From an uncultured Candidatus Entotheonella sp. (lineage in GTDB: Bacteria > Tectomicrobia > Entotheonellia > Entotheonellales > Entotheonellaceae), in NCBI GenBank assembly GCA_965215335.1, contig CBDCDA010000002.1, positions 1-64,000 of the forward strand: a stretch of DNA of 64,000 bases. The letters are read 5' to 3'. Shown here in pieces: positions 61,021-64,000 of the stretch. The notes under the pieces are model-generated. The model searched no databases. It was not told where the DNA came from and saw only the letters and a program-made list of their open reading frames with translations. The first letter of the stretch is position 1, and each line of letters opens with the position of its first letter. The position numbers and the translations under genes are program-made.

Positions 61021-61533
61021 ATGCCAAGGCAGCAAAACGAGGGCGTGCAGCGACATACCTTTGCCGTCTTGGTGGAGAATCAGTTCGGTGTTCTGGGGCG
61101 TATCACCGGCCTGTTCAGCGCACGCGGATTCAATATCGAGAGCCTGAGCGTGGCGGAAACCGAGGACCCGTCGGTGTCCCGAATCACGCTGGTGACGGCC
61201 GGCGACGACATGATTCTGGAGCAAGTCAACAAGCAACTGAATCGCCTGATCGACGTCATCAAGGTGACCGACCTTAGCGCAGAGTCGCACGTTGATCGGG
61301 AAATGGTGCTCATCAAGGTCAATACGGAGGATTTCAGGCGCGCCGAGGTATTCCGAATCGCCGGAATTTTCCGGGCGAAAATTGTCGACGTAACGGCAAA
61401 AACCTATGTGCTGGAAGTGACTGGTGATGAGGGGAAAATCCGCGCCGTCATTGATCTGCTCAAACCGCTCGGCATCAAGGAAATGGTGCGCACGGGCAAG
61501 ATCGCCATTGGCCGCGGTCAGGGCGCGATGTAG
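61021..61533 (+). CDS. ilvN: Acetolactate synthase small subunit
   Basis: VLVENQFGVLGRITGLFSARGFNIESL, KQLNRLIDVIKV, EMVRTG. Confidence 0.96.
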   Translation: MPRQQNEGVQRHTFAVLVENQFGVLGRITGLFSARGFNIESLSVAETEDPSVSRITLVTAGDDMILEQVNKQLNRLIDVIKVTDLSAESHVDREMVLIKVNTEDFRRAEVFRIAGIFRAKIVDVTAKTYVLEVTGDEGKIRAVIDLLKPLGIKEMVRTGKIAIGRGQGAM

Positions 61534-61572
61534 CGCCCGCCCGCAACCCGTGTGGCCGGAACGGATGATCGC

Positions 61573-62205
61573 ATGACGAATCGGCCTTTCCGACTGCCCC
61601 TGGCCTCGGAAGGCCTGCCGTTTGTCGTGCCCATGGCCGTGGCAACGGTGGTGAGCCTGCTGTTCGGCTGGGAACTGGCCGCCGGAATCGGCGTCGTGCT
61701 GACGGCGGCCGTGTCGTGCTTCTTCCGTGACCCGGAACGGGCCATTCCACAGACACCTGGTGCCGTCGTGTCGCCGGCCGACGGACGCGTGCATGAAATC
61801 GAAATGGAGGAAGGACGCCGCCGTATCAGCATCTTCCTGTCGGTCGCGGACGTGCACGTCAATCGGGTCCCTTATGACGGCAAGGTGACCGAGGTGGTCT
61901 ACAAGCCGGGCCGGTTTGTACCGGCTTACCGCTCCGAGGCGTCGCGCGAAAACGAGTCGAATCGCATTACTATCGACGGGCCGGACGCAGTCGTTGCCGT
62001 GAAGCAGATCGCTGGCATTTTGGCGCGGCGCATCGTCTGCCGAGCGCGTCCCGGTGACATGCTGGAGAGGGGCCAACGCTACGGTCTGATCCGCTTCGGC
62101 TCGCGCACCGACCTGTTCCTCCCGGCGGGTGCCGACCTTGCCGCCAAGGTTGGCGACAAGGTGCGCGGCGGCGAAACGATCCTCGCCTATCTGAAGGTAT
62201 CGTGA
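61573..62205 (+). CDS. psd: Phosphatidylserine decarboxylase proenzyme
   Basis: FFRDPER, SPADG, SIFLS..DVHVNR, QIAG, IRFGSR autocleavage motif. Confidence 0.94.
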   Translation: MTNRPFRLPLASEGLPFVVPMAVATVVSLLFGWELAAGIGVVLTAAVSCFFRDPERAIPQTPGAVVSPADGRVHEIEMEEGRRRISIFLSVADVHVNRVPYDGKVTEVVYKPGRFVPAYRSEASRENESNRITIDGPDAVVAVKQIAGILARRIVCRARPGDMLERGQRYGLIRFGSRTDLFLPAGADLAAKVGDKVRGGETILAYLKVS

Positions 62206-62210
62206 GACAC

Positions 62211-62948
62211 ATGAAAAAAAGCCTGTATCTGCTACCCAATCTTTTTACGTCGGCCAACCTGCTGTTCGGCTTCCTCAGCATGATCGCCGCCAGCAACGGG
62301 CAGTACACGCAGGCCGCCCTGGCGATCCTGGTGGCGGTGGGGCTGGACGCGGTTGACGGCAAAGTCGCTCGCATGACCAACTCGGCCAGCGCCTTCGGTT
62401 TGGAGTATGACTCCCTGGCGGACCTGCTGTCGTTCGGCATGGCGCCGGGATGGCTGCTGTACAACTGGTTCCTTGGCTCACTGGGTCTGTTCGGCTGGCT
62501 GGCGGCGTTCCTCTTCGTCGTGTGCGGCGCCCTTCGACTGGCGCGTTTCAACGTCCAGGCGTCACACCTCCAGCGCTATGTCTTCACGGGCCTGCCAATC
62601 CCGGCGGCGGCCAGCGTCGTTGCCACGGCGACGCTGTTGGGGCACGATACCACGGGCCATTTTCACGTCCTCAATACCGACCAGCCCCTTGGCCTGGTCG
62701 TTGCCATCTACGCGCTCGCCTTCCTCATGGTGAGCAAGGTCAGGTACCGCAGCTTCAAGAAAATCCGCATCAAGCGCATCTGGTCCCTGCCCCTCGTCGT
62801 GGGCGGCACCTTCGTCCTCATCATGCTCGTCCTCATGCCGGAATTGTCGCTGTTCCTCCTGTCCCTCAGCTACGCGCTGTCCGGCCCTGTCGAAACCCTG
62901 ATTCGACGCAAGAAACCAGAAGAAGACGTCATCCCCGCGGAGCCGTAG
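62211..62948 (+). CDS. pssA: CDP-diacylglycerol--serine O-phosphatidyltransferase
   Basis: LPNLFT, DAVDGKVAR...FGLEYDSLADLLSFG, LRLARFN, FTGLPIPAAA. Confidence 0.95.
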   Translation: MKKSLYLLPNLFTSANLLFGFLSMIAASNGQYTQAALAILVAVGLDAVDGKVARMTNSASAFGLEYDSLADLLSFGMAPGWLLYNWFLGSLGLFGWLAAFLFVVCGALRLARFNVQASHLQRYVFTGLPIPAAASVVATATLLGHDTTGHFHVLNTDQPLGLVVAIYALAFLMVSKVRYRSFKKIRIKRIWSLPLVVGGTFVLIMLVLMPELSLFLLSLSYALSGPVETLIRRKKPEEDVIPAEP

Positions 62949-62972
62949 GAAGGTAGGTCCGAATCGGGGGAA

Positions 62973-64000
62973 TCAGGGATAGAGGGCTGGATACAGGAGG
63001 CCCGCGCTCTCCGGCAGGCCGCACATCAGGTTCATGTTCTGGATGGCCTGTCCGGCGGCGCCGCGCCCCAGGTTGTCAATGGCGGCAATGGCAATTGCCG
63101 TCCGGGTGCGGGCGTCGATCTTCACCGTCACGTCGCAGTAATTCGACCCCAGTGTCGCCTTGGTCTCCGGCAAGGCATCGTGCAGCACGCGCATGAACGG
63201 GGCATCGCCATAGTAGTTGTCGTAGAGGCCCAGCGCTTCCTCCTGGCTCAGACCGTCCGCCAAGGGAGGAGCGTAAACGGTGGCCAGAATGCCGCGTGTC
63301 ATCGGTATCAGGTGGGGCGTAAACACCACCTGCACGGGCACACCGGCAAGCCCGCTCAACTCCTGCTCGATCTCCGCCGTATGATTGTGACCCGCCACGC
63401 CGTATGCCCGAACGTTTTCGTTCATCTCGGAATAGCCGAAACCGCCGCCGCCACCACGCCCGGCGCCGGAAATTCCGGACTTGGCGTCGATGACGATGCC
63501 CGCCGGCCCGACGACACCGGCCTGCACCAGCGGCGCCACGGCAAGTAACGAAGCCGCGGGGTAACAGCCCGGATTGGCCAGCAGGCGCGTCTTGGTAATA
63601 GCGTCCCGGTGCAACTCCGGCAACCCGTACACCGCTTCGGCCAGGAACGACGGCGCCTTGTGTTCGAACTTGTACCAGGTGGGGTAGAGAGACGCATCGC
63701 GCAAACGGAAGTCGGCGGCAATATCGATAACCTTGCAACCCTGCTCAAGCAACGCCGGCACCAGGTCCATGGCCTTGCCGCTCGGCAGCGACACGAAAGC
63801 CACGTCGGATTCGCGCCCGATGCGCTCCGCCTCCACCGCAATCATTTCCTGGTCCACAAAGCGCCGCAGATTCGGGTACAGGCTGGACATGGCGCGGCCC
63901 TGTTGCGACTCGGCGGTAACATGCACGATATCCACATGTGGGTGGCTGGCCAGCAGCCGCACCGCCTCGCCGCCGCCGTAGCCCGATGCACCAATGACAC
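62973..64000 (-). CDS. argC: N-acetyl-gamma-glutamyl-phosphate reductase (5' end outside the window)
   Basis: VIGASGYGG at the window edge, YGLPE, ANPGCY, SGISGAG, IDNLGRGAAGQAIQNMN. Confidence 0.95.
   Translation of the reverse strand, partial: VIGASGYGGGEAVRLLASHPHVDIVHVTAESQQGRAMSSLYPNLRRFVDQEMIAVEAERIGRESDVAFVSLPSGKAMDLVPALLEQGCKVIDIAADFRLRDASLYPTWYKFEHKAPSFLAEAVYGLPELHRDAITKTRLLANPGCYPAASLLAVAPLVQAGVVGPAGIVIDAKSGISGAGRGGGGGFGYSEMNENVRAYGVAGHNHTAEIEQELSGLAGVPVQVVFTPHLIPMTRGILATVYAPPLADGLSQEEALGLYDNYYGDAPFMRVLHDALPETKATLGSNYCDVTVKIDARTRTAIAIAAIDNLGRGAAGQAIQNMNLMCGLPESAGLLYPALYP

Overview
High-GC bacterial chromosome segment made mostly of housekeeping genes. The host is a diderm (bamD, surA, exbB/exbD-type genes). 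Gene order resembles Deltaproteobacteria/Nitrospinota/Tectomicrobia; that placement is inference only. In order the window holds: coaX, a B12-binding radical-SAM-like gene lacking CxxxCxxC, a MoxR-DUF58-membrane protein-VWA module split by a lower-GC relic, hydratase/purC/LLM monooxygenase/HpcH aldolase/AOR, surA, pyrR-pyrB-pyrC-carA-carB-pyrD, lepB, rsmA, sucCD-ndk, a dead type III Mod gene, ddl, a complete Pup-proteasome operon (arc-dop-pup-prcB-prcA-pafA), ccsA-hemA-hemC-hemB, rsmD-mnmA, mutL, guaB, dnaE, exbBD, GNAT-GNAT-MshA-like GT-VanZ, tRNA Gly/Cys/Leu, plsY, pgsA, bamD, tsaB, ilvBN, psd, pssA and partial argC. The most notable items are: (1) the actinobacterial-type pupylation system in a diderm, with an N-terminally extended GGE-ending Pup and an Ala-Thr processing site in PrcB; (2) two apparent pseudo-enzymes (cluster-less radical SAM protein, PyrC with substituted active site); (3) three small dispersed repeat families, two with copies in frame inside proteins; (4) several single-base frameshifts that may be real or assembly errors. 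No CRISPR array, rRNA, integrase or transposase was seen. All calls come from motif recognition by eye; no database searches were run.
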